Positions 1-11,306 of a stretch of DNA of 56,871 nt are shown here, piece by piece. Below the pieces are notes generated by a model. It ran no database searches. It worked only from the letters and a program-made list of their open reading frames with translations, and was not told the DNA's origin. Position 1 is the stretch's first letter; every line of letters begins with the position of its first letter. This DNA is from Ascoidea asiatica JCM 7603 (taxonomy: Eukaryota > Fungi > Ascomycota). The stretch spans positions 174,309-231,179 of the forward strand of contig BCKQ01000019.1 of assembly GCA_001600695.1 (NCBI GenBank). Reading direction: 5' to 3'. Position numbers and translations under genes: made by a program.

Positions 1-117
1 AATAACAATAACAATAACAATAACAATAACAATAACAATAACAATAACAATAACAATAACAATAACAATAACAATAACAATAACAATAACAATAATAACA
101 ATAATAATAACAATAAC
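1..117 (+). repeat. (AATAAC)n coding microsatellite encoding poly-Asn
   Basis: Hexamer repeat directly visible, in frame with the downstream ORF. Confidence 0.95.
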
Positions 118-714
118 GGTGAAATAGACCAAGCAATTATTAATAATCATCTGGATGTGATTATGAAAAGTGAAAATAATAATTTGAGTATTCCATCCAA
201 TTTAACAGTACCTCAAAATCAAAACATAAGCCCAAATCAAAATCAAAATCAAAATCAAAACTTGAATCAAAATCAAAACATAAATATGAATACAAGTATG
301 AATCAAACTATGAATCCAAATATGAATCCAAATATGAATTTAAATATAAATCAAAATCCGAATGTTAACCAAAGTATAAGTCCAAATTTGAATTTGAATT
401 TGAATCAAAATATGAATCAAAATCAAAGTCAAAATATTAGTCCAACTATGAATCAAAATGATAATTCGAATCCAAATCAACCTCAAAACTTAAACCAGAA
501 TATAAATCAAAATGAAAATCAAAGTGTTAATAATAATCAAAATCTAAATATTAATCAATCACAGTTGCAATCTCAAACACAGACACCGAATTTAGTAACA
601 ACTTCTAATGATAATGATAATGATAAACTAAATAATTTAAATCTTGATTTTGATACAACCAATTTAAATGGAAATATTGATCTAACAGCTACAGATATTG
701 ATAAGCTTTTTTGA
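1..714 (+). CDS. 3' end of an Asn/Gln-rich low-complexity protein (5'-truncated by the window edge)
   Basis: Frame 1 is open from base 1 (AAT AAC repeats encode poly-Asn) through the annotated 157..714 ORF to TGA; NQ-rich with an acidic C-terminus (DLTATDIDKLF), like transcription-factor tails. Confidence 0.7.
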   Translation, partial: NNNNNNNNNNNNNNNNNNNNNNNNNNNNNNNNNNNNNNNGEIDQAIINNHLDVIMKSENNNLSIPSNLTVPQNQNISPNQNQNQNQNLNQNQNINMNTSMNQTMNPNMNPNMNLNINQNPNVNQSISPNLNLNLNQNMNQNQSQNISPTMNQNDNSNPNQPQNLNQNINQNENQSVNNNQNLNINQSQLQSQTQTPNLVTTSNDNDNDKLNNLNLDFDTTNLNGNIDLTATDIDKLF

Positions 715-808
715 TAAAAAAAAATATTATAAATATATATATATATATGAAGTATATATATTATGTATTATATATTATATATAATAAGAAGTATAATTTT
801 ATTATTAA

Positions 809-1933
809 TTATACATTAATTACTAGTTTTTCATTTGAATTTTTACCATTCATTAAATCAATAAGTAATTGATTAGCAGAATTTAAACCACCTTCATAAA
901 ATTTTATTGGAATATGATTAAATTGACCATTATAAACATAAGGTTCAATAAATTTTTTAAATTCAATTACAGTTTTTCTTAAATTAAGATCTTTTGGTAA
1001 AGTGAAACTACCAATTTTAATTTCAGTACCATTAACAGAATATAACATTGTACTTTTAATTGAAACATTTGATTTTGAAGATCTTTTTTTCATATTAAAA
1101 TTTAAAGAAATAATTTTTGAAGGTTTTTCATTTGAGGCAATTTCATAATTTGAATCTAAAGTTTGTTCAGATCCAATACAATCTAAAATATAATTAATAT
1201 TTGAATCAAATTCTTTAATTTTTGAAGTAATTTCAGAATCATGATAATCAAAAACTTTAGTTGCGCCTAATTTTAATAATAAATCTTCATTTTTTTTTGA
1301 AGCTACAACAATAATATTATCAAAAACATTTAAAATTTTTGCAACTTGGATTGCACAAAAACCTGCACTTGTTGCACCACCCCAAATTAAAATAGAACTA
1401 TTAATTTTAACATCTTTAGTTGGTACTTTATTAAAAAATTCATAAGTTAAAGCTAAACCTGCAGTTAATAAACCAACAGGAATTGAAGCCGCAGATTCAA
1501 AAGAATTTATTTCACCAGATTTTTGATTAGTTGATAGATTTTTTAAACCTTTTTCAAATTTAAAAGCTAATAATGAATCCATTATAACATATTCAGAAAA
1601 AGCACCAGAATCAGGATGAGTTGATGAACAACCTCTGACAATTGAAGAAACAGAATCACCAAATTTAAAAGTATTATTTTTTTTAACATTTGAACCTAAA
1701 CCAACAACTTCACCAGCAGCATCAACACCAACAACACAACCTTGTGGACAAATACCAAATTGAATATGTTTCCAATCAGTTGGATTACCAGCAACAGATT
1801 TAACTTTAACTAAAATTGAATCATCTGGAATATCTTTGGTTACAGGTCTTTTTTTAACTTCACAATGTTTCTCTACAACAACGAGAGCATTTTGAGTATC
1901 TGGAACAGAATCTAAAATTGAAGCTGAAGACAT
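809..1933 (-). CDS. Zinc-independent MDR enoyl-reductase-like oxidoreductase (YNL134C/YCR102C/YLR460C family)
   Basis: AGNPTDWKH, GCVVGVDAAG, GAFSEY, ILIWGGATSAG and LGATKVFDY motifs; no Zn-ligand cysteine cluster. Confidence 0.88.
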   Translation of the reverse strand: MSSASILDSVPDTQNALVVVEKHCEVKKRPVTKDIPDDSILVKVKSVAGNPTDWKHIQFGICPQGCVVGVDAAGEVVGLGSNVKKNNTFKFGDSVSSIVRGCSSTHPDSGAFSEYVIMDSLLAFKFEKGLKNLSTNQKSGEINSFESAASIPVGLLTAGLALTYEFFNKVPTKDVKINSSILIWGGATSAGFCAIQVAKILNVFDNIIVVASKKNEDLLLKLGATKVFDYHDSEITSKIKEFDSNINYILDCIGSEQTLDSNYEIASNEKPSKIISLNFNMKKRSSKSNVSIKSTMLYSVNGTEIKIGSFTLPKDLNLRKTVIEFKKFIEPYVYNGQFNHIPIKFYEGGLNSANQLLIDLMNGKNSNEKLVINV

Positions 1934-2221
1934 TTTGATTAGATTAATAAATAATAAATAATAATTATGTAATTGAAAGTTTTTAGTTAATATCAGTAAA
2001 AATATAAATTAATTGATTAGTTGATAAATTGACTGAATAATTATTTTGTTATCAATTTCTAAATATTGAATAAATTAAGATATTTAAATACTCCAGTTTA
2101 TAAAAATCATAACGAAAACTAATTGAAACAATAAAGTATTATACATTTGTTTGCTCTCGTAGTTAACTCAAATTTAAAATTGTATATAATTTTTACATTA
2201 ATTGAGTATTGATCAAATAGC

Positions 2222-2424
2222 TTACTAATTACACATGAAAGTTAATTCCAGTTGATTCCAGTCGAATCTTATTGAATCTACAGTAGTGGTTATTGAATCC
2301 AGTTAAATGGATGGCCATACAATATAAAAAAAAAATTAAATAAATAAATAAATATCAAATAAATGGGGATCAAAATTCAATGAGGATTCATATTTCTGAC
2401 TTTTTGTATGGCGCTGCTTAGTCA
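2222..2424. promoter_or_regulatory. Two Yap1-type response elements upstream of the enoyl-reductase-like gene
   Basis: TTACTAA at 2222-2228 and TTAGTCA at 2418-2424; short motifs in AT-rich DNA, so chance occurrence is possible. Confidence 0.35.
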
Positions 2425-2893
2425 GCTTGCCAGTATTTGAACCAATTCAAACTGCTAGCTGAAAAATTAATTACAGGAAATAATTTCAACGGTCAAGCTT
2501 AATTAATTACTTTAATTGATTTGATTAGTTTAATTAGCTAATTAATTAATTTAATTAATTATTTAATCAATTAACTAATTGATAAATTGATCAGATAATT
2601 GTTAATTTATCAATTATCAATTAATTGTCCATGGTTAATTAACCAGACTTGTCTTAAAAACCTGTCAAACAACGTCGAGGAGTTTTTCCGAACCAGATGA
2701 GACACTCCAACGGCAACAGCAATTAAAAATGTCTTACAAATCTCTCACCTTCAGAAGCCCTCGGAAAGAAAGCTATCAGTTTGCTTGCTTCCGCTGGCTA
2801 CAAAAAGCTTTTGAGCAGCTCCCGAACACAAAAGGAAACAAAACGAAAACCAAAGGAAAGGGTTTAGATCTTGGTGCAAAGTATAACAGTATA

Positions 2894-2968
2894 TAGGACA
2901 AACGTTTTAGGACATTTTGTTTAGGACATTTTTAGTAAATAGGACAACGTTGTATAATAATAGGGACA
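2894..2968 (+). repeat. Clustered TAGGACA motif array in the reductase/ADH divergent promoter
   Basis: TAGGACA at 2894, 2908, 2922, 2940 and TAGGGACA at 2961. Confidence 0.75.
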
Positions 2969-4171
2969 TTGATCCGGCTATCGGTTTACTTGCCCTTGTT
3001 TTAATGTCGGGTAGCTTCCGTTGTATCCGATTCTGGCTTTTTCTCTCTTTTTTCTGCTTGTGCCTGATTCACTTCTTTTTTAGTGGGTTTTCACTCAACC
3101 CCCAACAAGAATAGTAATTCTGAGCTAAAAAGCTTGGTGAAATTTGAAGAAATATTCAATTATTTTAAATACAATAATACACTTTCAATTTAAAAATCAA
3201 TATTTATCCATTTATATTTCCCATATTTAGCTCTTAAGCTCTTTAACTACATAATCATCCCAATATATTTTAACTATTTCAATTAATTTACTTACTTTAC
3301 CCACAATTTCAATATCTTATCGTATCATTATCATATCATTATGTACAACGTTATTTACCAATTTTTATCTTAAATGAGGTATTTTATTTTATTTCACTTT
3401 AATTTATCTTTTCGAGTTATTTAATTCAAATAAACCACACCACATTTTATGGCAACTTTAGTTAAAAATCTTCTTTTTCATTTATTTTCAAATAATCAAG
3501 TAACAAAATAATCAAATAATCAAATAATCAAATAATTAAATAATTAAATAATGATACAACTCAATTAATCTAGAATGAAAATTAAATCATAATTATCTTC
3601 AATTTACCATCACATTATCTATCTCAATGATATTTATCATAATCATTAATCACGAACAAACTACAGCATTGTAATTAGTTAACAAAGCTTCAAATTTAAC
3701 TTTATTTATTAATACTCTTAATACTCTTAATATTGCTTAATATTTTTTAATATTTTTTAATATTTTTTAATATTTTCAATAATTATTCAATATTTTTAAA
3801 TATTTTTAAACATTTTTGATAGATTTCTAAACTTATTTTTTATAAACTCCATCACACAACTACATACTCATCACAACATACCCTTTTTTAAAATAATAAT
3901 AAACCAGATTAGATGAGATCAAAATAAAAATCAATTTTACTTCAATATTTCAATATATTATCATAATATCTGAGATTATTATATATACAAAATTCAACTT
4001 ATATAAAACCTTTCAATTTCCTCTCATCTTATTCGAATATATTTTTTTTTTAATTTTAAAACTATCAATTATCAATTATAATTATCAATTATAATAATAA
4101 ATTATCTATTACTAATTATTAATATATTTATATATATATATCTTTTCTATTATCAATTAAATTAAACTAAA

Positions 4172-5239
4172 ATGGTTGAATATAACGAAACTTTTGTTAT
4201 TCCAGAAACTCAAAAAGCAATTGTTTTTGAAACAAATGGTGGTCCATTAGAATATAAAAGAATTCCAGTTCCAGAACCAAAACCAAGTGAAATTTTAATT
4301 CATGTTTTATATTCTGGTATTTGTCATACTGATTTACATGCTTGGAAAGGTGATTGGCCTTTAGAAACTAAATTACCTTTAGTTGGTGGTCATGAAGGTG
4401 CAGGAATTGTTGTAAAATTAGGTTCTGAAGTAAAAAATTTTAAAATTGGTGATTATGCTGGTATTAAATGGCTTAATGGTTCATGTATGGCTTGTGAATT
4501 ATGTGAAAAAGGTTTTGAATCAAATTGTTTAAAACAAGATTTATCTGGTTATACTCATGATGGTTCATTTCAAGAATATGCAACTGCAGATGCTGTACAA
4601 GCTGCAATGATTCCTAAAGGAACTGATTTAGCTGAAATTGCTCCAATATTATGTGCAGGTGTTACTGTTTATAAAGCAATTAAATCTGCTGATGTAAAAT
4701 CTGGTGATTGGTTATGTATTTCTGGTTGTGGTGGTGGTTTAGGAACTTTAGCTATTCAATATGCAAAAGCAATGGGTTTAAGAGTTGTTGGTATTGATGG
4801 TGGTGAAGCAAAAGAAGCACTTTGTAAAAAATTAGGTTGTGAAGTTTATGTTGATTTCATGAAAGTTAAAAATGTTAATAATGAAATTGTTAAAATTACT
4901 AATGGTGGTCCACATGCTGTTATTAATGTTTCAGTTTCTCAAGCTGCAATTAAATCTTCTGTACAATATGTTAGACCATGTGGTACTGTAGTTTTAGTTG
5001 GTTTACCAGCAGGTGCAATTTGTGAATCTGAAGTATTTTCACAAGTTGTTAAATCTGTTAAAATTGTTGGTTCATATGTTGGTAATAGAGCTGATACAAG
5101 AGAAGCAATTGATTTTTTTGTTAGAGGTTTAGTTAGATCTCCAATTCAAATTATTGGTTTATCTGAATTACCAAGAGTTTATGAAGAAATGGAAAGTGGT
5201 AAAATTATTGGTCGTTATGTTGCTGATACTTCTAAATAA
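4172..5239 (+). CDS. Zn-dependent alcohol dehydrogenase (ADH1/ADH2 family, no mitochondrial presequence)
   Basis: [23 protein letters not shown], structural-Zn [31 protein letters not shown]. Confidence 0.96.
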   Translation: MVEYNETFVIPETQKAIVFETNGGPLEYKRIPVPEPKPSEILIHVLYSGICHTDLHAWKGDWPLETKLPLVGGHEGAGIVVKLGSEVKNFKIGDYAGIKWLNGSCMACELCEKGFESNCLKQDLSGYTHDGSFQEYATADAVQAAMIPKGTDLAEIAPILCAGVTVYKAIKSADVKSGDWLCISGCGGGLGTLAIQYAKAMGLRVVGIDGGEAKEALCKKLGCEVYVDFMKVKNVNNEIVKITNGGPHAVINVSVSQAAIKSSVQYVRPCGTVVLVGLPAGAICESEVFSQVVKSVKIVGSYVGNRADTREAIDFFVRGLVRSPIQIIGLSELPRVYEEMESGKIIGRYVADTSK

Positions 5240-5589
5240 GAAAGTTAATCATTAACAGTTCATAAATTACGAATTATGGTTCATTTTATTTAATACATTT
5301 TTATTTTTATTTTTATAATTTTTTCAATAACCTTTTTGAACATTGTTAAATAATTAACTCAATTTATTCATTATATAGAAAAATAGAAGATTTTTTTATT
5401 ACTCTTTTAGCAAAATTTAATTAGTTAGTTTTTGTGATTTGATAATTTAAATTCGAAAGAAATTTGTTAAGTACATAAGACATACTGTATATTAAAACTA
5501 ACTACCTATATTCGTAAAAGGAATAAAATAAAAATATTATAAAAAAAAGGAGGATGAGATTGAGATTGAGATTTTTAAGATTGAGAAGA

Positions 5590-6357
5590 TTAAATTGATT
5601 TAATTAAAGTTTCAAATTTTGATTTTTTTGAATGAAATTTTGAAACTTTTTCAATAAGATATGTATAATAATTAAATTTACAAAATGGACATTCTTTATT
5701 AAAAGAATAATAATTTTTATAAGTTTTTTCATTTAAATCAAAATCAAAAGATTCATTATTATTTGCATGAATCCATTTATCTAAACAATTTTTATGAAAA
5801 AAATGTTCACAAGGTAAAATTCTAATTTTATCATTTAATAAATATTCTGAATAACAAATAGCACAAAATTCAATTTCTTGTTTTTCTATAATAAATTCTT
5901 TATTATTATTATCAATATTAAAAGTTTCATTTATTTGATTTTCATCATTTTTATTCTTTTTAATTTTTTTATTCTTATTCTTATTCGTTTTATTATTCTT
6001 TAAGTAAACTTTAAAATGTTTAACTTTTAAACCTGCTTTTGAACAAGAATTAGAAATAAATGATTTTCTTAATATTAGTTTATTTGAATAATTATTTGAA
6101 TTATTATTTGAATAATTATTTGTGGTAATTGTTGAAATTGATGGAGATTGAGATAAAGTATTATTTAAATTAAATTCAGAAAATAAATCAGAATTTGATA
6201 AAATTGTTGATTGAGAACTTAAATTAAAATTTTCAGATATTGATTGTTGTTTTATTTTATTTTTATATTTAGAACTAGGTATATATTTATTAAAAGATTT
6301 ATTAAATAATAAATTATTTTTATATTCCGAAAAAATTGAGTCTTCTTGAAATTCCAT
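5590..6357 (-). CDS. RING-H2 finger protein (putative E3 ubiquitin ligase)
   Basis: CAIC-x15-CEHFFHKNC...W...CPFC, with an unusually long insert before the last Cys pair. Confidence 0.8.
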   Translation of the reverse strand: MEFQEDSIFSEYKNNLLFNKSFNKYIPSSKYKNKIKQQSISENFNLSSQSTILSNSDLFSEFNLNNTLSQSPSISTITTNNYSNNNSNNYSNKLILRKSFISNSCSKAGLKVKHFKVYLKNNKTNKNKNKKIKKNKNDENQINETFNIDNNNKEFIIEKQEIEFCAICYSEYLLNDKIRILPCEHFFHKNCLDKWIHANNNESFDFDLNEKTYKNYYSFNKECPFCKFNYYTYLIEKVSKFHSKKSKFETLIKSI

Positions 6358-7173
6358 TTTAATAAATTTCTTAAAATGAATTAATATAATATTGATTAGA
6401 AAATCTTTTAAGTAAATTCAAGGAAGAAAAGTGAAAAAATAAAAAAATAAAAGATTGAAATGAAATGAATTAATTTAAGTAATAATTGATTTATATGAAT
6501 ATTTAAATATAAGCTTATTTGAATAGTGATAAGAAAAAACAAACCAATATTTCATTTTAAAATAAAATATAATAATATATATTATAAAAAAATGTATATA
6601 TGATTGAAATTGAGTTCATTATAATTGCTCAAAGACATTAAAAAGAGGTTTTTAAATCACTTTAACACAATAAAGAGTTAAATAAGTTAAAAAAAAAGCT
6701 TAGAATTGTAGGTATATTTTACAAACAAGGAGCTTATCTAAAAATACAGTACTAAGATAGAAGTTTCTATTTTGAAAATCAGGGTCTTTTATTTTTTGTT
6801 TCTGCATAGTAAAATTGCTTAAGTATGGCCTTGGCGTGGGTTGAAAAACATAAGCAATCGCAATACTGCGCACAAGAGCTTTTGCGCAAGGATAAACCCA
6901 GAAAGAGGAAATTTACGGAAAGAGCGCTATTCCGGCAGTGCAAACTCCTGAATTTGCTACGTGCAGCCAAGAACACAGCCTCGCAACATTTATGATAGCC
7001 GACTTTACTTCTCGGATCAAAAAAAAGCGCAAGTCAAGCCACAACTGACTCAGGCCAATTTAAGTTGACTCAAACTGAGCTGGTGATGAGTTTCTGAATG
7101 GCTGTAATCCAAATAGTAGAACTTTTCCAAGAAGGAATCAAAAGCAGGAACTTAAACAATCAAACAGGACTCA

Positions 7174-7267
7174 TCCCCATTAGCTCAGTTGGTAGAGCGT
7201 TCGGCTTTTAGGGATTTGTTAATTTCGAGACACCGAAATGTCTAGGGTTCGAGCCCCTAATGAGGAG
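7174..7267 (+). tRNA. tRNA-Lys(UUU) with 21-nt intron (7211-7231)
   Basis: Cloverleaf with A box TAGCTCAGTTGG, anticodon TTT at 7207-7209, B box GGTTCGAGCCC, followed by a T-run terminator. Confidence 0.96.
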
Positions 7268-7768
7268 TCCTTTTTTTTCCTTCTTCTTCCTTCTTCTTTT
7301 GTCTTGTTTTTGATAATTCTTTGAATTTTACTCGTCAAGTTTTTTTTTTCCTTTTTTTTTTAGTTTTTTTTTTACTTTTATTTGGTTTTATAAAGCGTAG
7401 GTTTGGTTAATTTTAAATTAAATATTCAGAAGTGATGATTTATTTACAAGGATTCAATAATGTTTTCAAATTATTTTAATTTCTATATATGTATTATTCA
7501 AATTGAGATTTATTAAGGTTTTTTTTTTTCTTTTAATAGTCTAGTGTAATATGTAAAGTTTCTTAGAGTAATATTAAAAATAAATAATATTGTAACTATA
7601 GAAAACTTGAAAAAGTTGTACTAAGAATCAACATTAGTATTATTTGGTGGAAAGTTATAAAGTATTTCTAGAAAATTAATGAAAAAATATATCTAAAGAG
7701 AAATAATGAAAATGTTTGTACGACTGTCTGTCTGGGATATTTTGTACTTAATTCATTTCAACGTGTGC

Positions 7769-7841
7769 GGGCGTGTAGCGCAGTTGGTAGCGCGTCTGCT
7801 TTGCATGCAGAAGGTCTCCGGTTCGACTCCGGACTCGTCCA
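7769..7841 (+). tRNA. tRNA-Ala(UGC)
   Basis: GGGCGTG/CTCGTCC acceptor stem with G3:U70; TCTGC-TTTGCAT-GCAGA anticodon arm. Confidence 0.96.
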
Positions 7842-8547
7842 TCGCTTTCTTTTATTTTTTTTTCAAATTTTTTTTTTTTTCTTATTCTTTACAAGTTGTG
7901 TTTTTTTATAAACAGTATTTTTGTATTTTATTCATTTAACTTTTCGTTTAGTCTCTTTTGTATCTACCTTTTATTTCAGTTAATCTCATTATGTTTATTT
8001 GGGAAAAAAATTGAAAATGATTAATTATAAATTATAGATTAAGCTAAAAAAAAGTTTTAAGTTATCTTAATTATTGAATAGAATTTACTACAAAATGAAA
8101 CAATGTTCATGATTGATTATTAAATATTCCAATTGTTTTTTAAAAGAAATAAATTGACAAGAAAATGAAATAATTTAGTCATTTGAGATTATTAATAAAT
8201 TTAAAATATACCATGAATATTTTCCTATTATTGTTTGGTTTTAGAAATCTATTAAATTTTTCATTTATTCTTTAACTTTTTCAGATGTCTAAAATTTTTG
8301 AAAATGTTTCAACTACATTTTATTCAGATTGTAAGTTTGATTTATATAATTTTTGTTTTCCAATTCAATTTGAGAGTTTCAATTGTGTTTTTAATTTATA
8401 TATATAAAAACTTATGAATTTAATTGAGACATAGAAAACTATTACTTTTAGTTTTCTCCCCCCTGAAAGTGCAGGGGAACTGAAACTGTCTTTTTTAAAC
8501 GAAACATTACTAGAAGAAATAAAAAAAAGAGTTTTTTAAAAAAAAAA

Positions 8548-8630
8548 TGAAGGATGCGAGGTTCGAACTCGCGCGGGAATTTCCCAGTAGATCTTAAGTC
8601 TACCGCCTTAGACCACTCGGCCAACCCTCC
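8548..8630 (-). tRNA. tRNA-Leu(UAA)
   Basis: Reverse complement GGAGGGTTGGCCGAGTGGTCTAAGGCGGTAGACTTAAGATCTAC..., with a long variable arm. Confidence 0.96.
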
Positions 8631-8790
8631 AACTGTATATTTTTTAAAGAAAAAAAGAAAGATTTTTAAATATATAAAATAATAGCTGTTTAATATATAA
8701 AATAATAGCTGTTTAATATATAAAATTCGGATCAGGTAAAACAACAATATGAATGTACTTTTACCATACCAACAAAAATTATATTAATTT

Positions 8791-8863
8791 GGTCCGTTGG
8801 TCAAGTGGTTACGACGCTTCGTTTACACCGAAGAGATCGCGAGTTCGATCCTCGCATGGATCA
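8791..8863 (+). tRNA. tRNA-Val(UAC)
   Basis: GGTCCGT...CTTCG-TTTACAC-CGAAG...GTTCGATC...ATGGATCA followed by a T run. Confidence 0.95.
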
Positions 8864-9017
8864 TTTTTTATTTTAAATTGCCCAATTTCAATTGGGTCTT
8901 TTTTTTGGTTTAAATTTTATTTTGGTTTATTGGTTTCTTGATTTTTAGTTAAGTCTAATTAATGTCAGTTTCATTAAATTTTTATTTCACCAAATAATAG
9001 AACAAAAAAAAATACTA

Positions 9018-9120
9018 CGTTACAGACAGGATTCGAACCTGCGCAGGATGAACCCAATGCCTAAACTGCTTTACACTGGGAAATAGCAGGGCATCGCCTT
9101 AACTTCTCGGCCACTGTAAC
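9018..9120 (-). tRNA. tRNA-Ser(GCU) with intron and atypical D-loop
   Basis: Reverse complement GTTACAGTGGCCGAGAAGTTAAGGCGATGCC-CTGCTA-[intron]-AGGCAT...GGTTCGAATCC...CTGTAACG. Confidence 0.92.
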
Positions 9121-9427
9121 TGTTGTTGTGACTCGTTTAATGAGTGAATGCTAAGAGACTGAGATTTACTATGGATAGAAAGTAAAGTAAAATAATTAAA
9201 GCTTTTTCTACTCTTTCAAATTGGAATTATTTATTTATCTAATAAAATACATGAGCTAGCAAATCTAATTCGGGGATGTTTCCACATTCGGAAACATACC
9301 GAATTTACTTTTCCGTGACTTGAATGTGGCGTGGATAGCGCAAAAGAATCCCGATAATAAATCCACGCAAATCCAATTTATATGACATTAATGTGAACTA
9401 AGGCATCAATCCGGATAAGAGAGTTTT

Positions 9428-9503
9428 ATTTCTATTATATTTCCATTATATTTCTATTATATTTCTATTATATTTCTATTATATTTCTATTATATTTCTA
9501 TTT
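9428..9503. repeat. 11-bp tandem repeat (ATTTCTATTAT)n just 3' of THI20
   Basis: About 6-7 visible copies. Confidence 0.85.
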
Positions 9504-9533
9504 CTAATTTAAATTGAATGAAATATTCTTTTA

Positions 9534-11306
9534 TTATTCAATAAAAGCATCCCAAAATTTAATTTCCAATTCTGTTACATCTGAAAATATTTGAATTAAA
9601 TTATCTAACTTTTCCTTTTTGATAAATTTACCATTCTTAAAAAGATGAAAATTTATTAAAGATTCTCCTTCTTTACTACTTTTAAAATAATCATCAGAAG
9701 CATATCCATTTAACCATTCTTCATATAATTCCATTTTAAATTTAAATTCTTCATTACAACTTTCATAATCTATATTTTTAATTCTTTCATTATAAATCTT
9801 CATACCTATTTTTCCTGCTTTTGAATATCCATTCAAACATGGTGCTAATCCAATATTTAAAGCTAAAAATAAATCATCATCTGAGAATGTTTTATTAATT
9901 TTTAATTTAGAATAAATATTAAATAAATAATTATTATAATTTTCACAAGCTTTATTTAATTTAATTTCATTTAATTTTTTTAAATCAAGTTTAAATTTAC
10001 TAATTAATTTATTTTTATGTTTTTCAATTTCATTTAAAATTCCATTTAATAATTCATTTAATTTTACAATTTTTTCAAAATTAACTTCATTTGACAGTTC
10101 ACTTAATTCAACTAATCCAATTGATAAAGATTGAATTTTATAATAATTAAGTAAATAACAATAATCTTGTTCAATATATTCTTTAAATTTATTTAAAGGT
10201 AATTCTAATTTGCTCAATTTTAAAATAAATTTATGATTTATATAAATTTTCCAATTTTTTTTAATTTTTTCATGATTTATTAAATAATTTAAAAATTCTC
10301 CTTCTTTAAAAGGTATTTCAATAATCAGTGAATCATAAATTTTATCAAATAAAATTGAATTTTCAATTTTAATATTAAATAAATGATTTAAAGGTTTATG
10401 TCCATGACCTATTGTTGGATCTGCTTTAAGAATTCCATTATGAACATAATTTATACCATTTCCAATAGAATCAATTAAATTTAATCCTTTTGCTAAATTT
10501 GAACTAATTGATGATGATAATGTACATCCAGTTCCATGATTACTTAAACTTTTCTCAAATTTACTTTTAAATATTATAAATTTATCATCTTTACTTATAT
10601 ATAAAATATCATTTATAATTTCTTCTTTTTCATTATTTGTATTATGACCACCTTTAATTAAAACATTTGAAAATTTCTTGGAAATTATTAAACACATTTC
10701 TTTAATATCTTTGATTTCTAAATTATCTTTTTCAAAAATTTTAAATGAATCTTTATCAATTAATTTTATTAAAGATTTAGCTTCAATTAAATTTGGAGTA
10801 ATTAAAGTTGTAAATTGATTTAATTTCAATATTATTAAACTCAAATTATCTAAATTAGATAATTCATAACCTGAAGTACTAACCAAAACTGGATCAATTA
10901 TTAAAAAATTCTTATAATTATATTTTATAATAGCTTCAGATAAACATTCAATTGTATCTTTAGAAATCATTCCAGTTTTAATTGCTTTAATATCAATATC
11001 TTCAAAGTTTGCTTTTAAAATATCTTTAACAAAAGATTTAGGAGTATTTATTGAATTGTAAACTTTCTTAGTATTTTGAGCTGTCAATCCTGAAATACAT
11101 GTTAATCCATAGCATCCATGAGCTGAGATTGTTTTTAAATCAGCTTCTTGTCCAGCTCCTCCACTAGAATCACTGGAAGCAACAACCAAAACTTCAGGTA
11201 GTTTAGAACTTACTTTGGAATATTGAGAATCTGATTGTAGTTGTGACTGCAATTGTAATTCAGACTGAATTGAAACATTTCTTAAATCAATCACTTCTTC
11301 AATCAT
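9534..11306 (-). CDS. THI20: Hydroxymethylpyrimidine/phosphomethylpyrimidine kinase fused to a TenA (thiaminase II) domain
   Basis: SDSSGGAGQEADLKT, LTAQNT, IDPVLVSTSG, TPNLIEA, HGTGCTLSS; C-terminal YIEQDYCYL, APCLNGY and EIKFWD TenA motifs. Confidence 0.93.
   Translation of the reverse strand: MIEEVIDLRNVSIQSELQLQSQLQSDSQYSKVSSKLPEVLVVASSDSSGGAGQEADLKTISAHGCYGLTCISGLTAQNTKKVYNSINTPKSFVKDILKANFEDIDIKAIKTGMISKDTIECLSEAIIKYNYKNFLIIDPVLVSTSGYELSNLDNLSLIILKLNQFTTLITPNLIEAKSLIKLIDKDSFKIFEKDNLEIKDIKEMCLIISKKFSNVLIKGGHNTNNEKEEIINDILYISKDDKFIIFKSKFEKSLSNHGTGCTLSSSISSNLAKGLNLIDSIGNGINYVHNGILKADPTIGHGHKPLNHLFNIKIENSILFDKIYDSLIIEIPFKEGEFLNYLINHEKIKKNWKIYINHKFILKLSKLELPLNKFKEYIEQDYCYLLNYYKIQSLSIGLVELSELSNEVNFEKIVKLNELLNGILNEIEKHKNKLISKFKLDLKKLNEIKLNKACENYNNYLFNIYSKLKINKTFSDDDLFLALNIGLAPCLNGYSKAGKIGMKIYNERIKNIDYESCNEEFKFKMELYEEWLNGYASDDYFKSSKEGESLINFHLFKNGKFIKKEKLDNLIQIFSDVTELEIKFWDAFIE

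Noticed and set aside
7075-7140. SRP RNA start (GGCTGTAAT)
   Set aside because: The match ends after 9 nt, no SRP helix 8 motif follows, and a tRNA begins within 100 bp
7706-8941. Short ORFs at 7706, 8448 and 8753 (likewise 17843-18461 and 32105-32518)
   Set aside because: They run through tRNA genes, T-tracts or purine/pyrimidine tracts and have no protein signature
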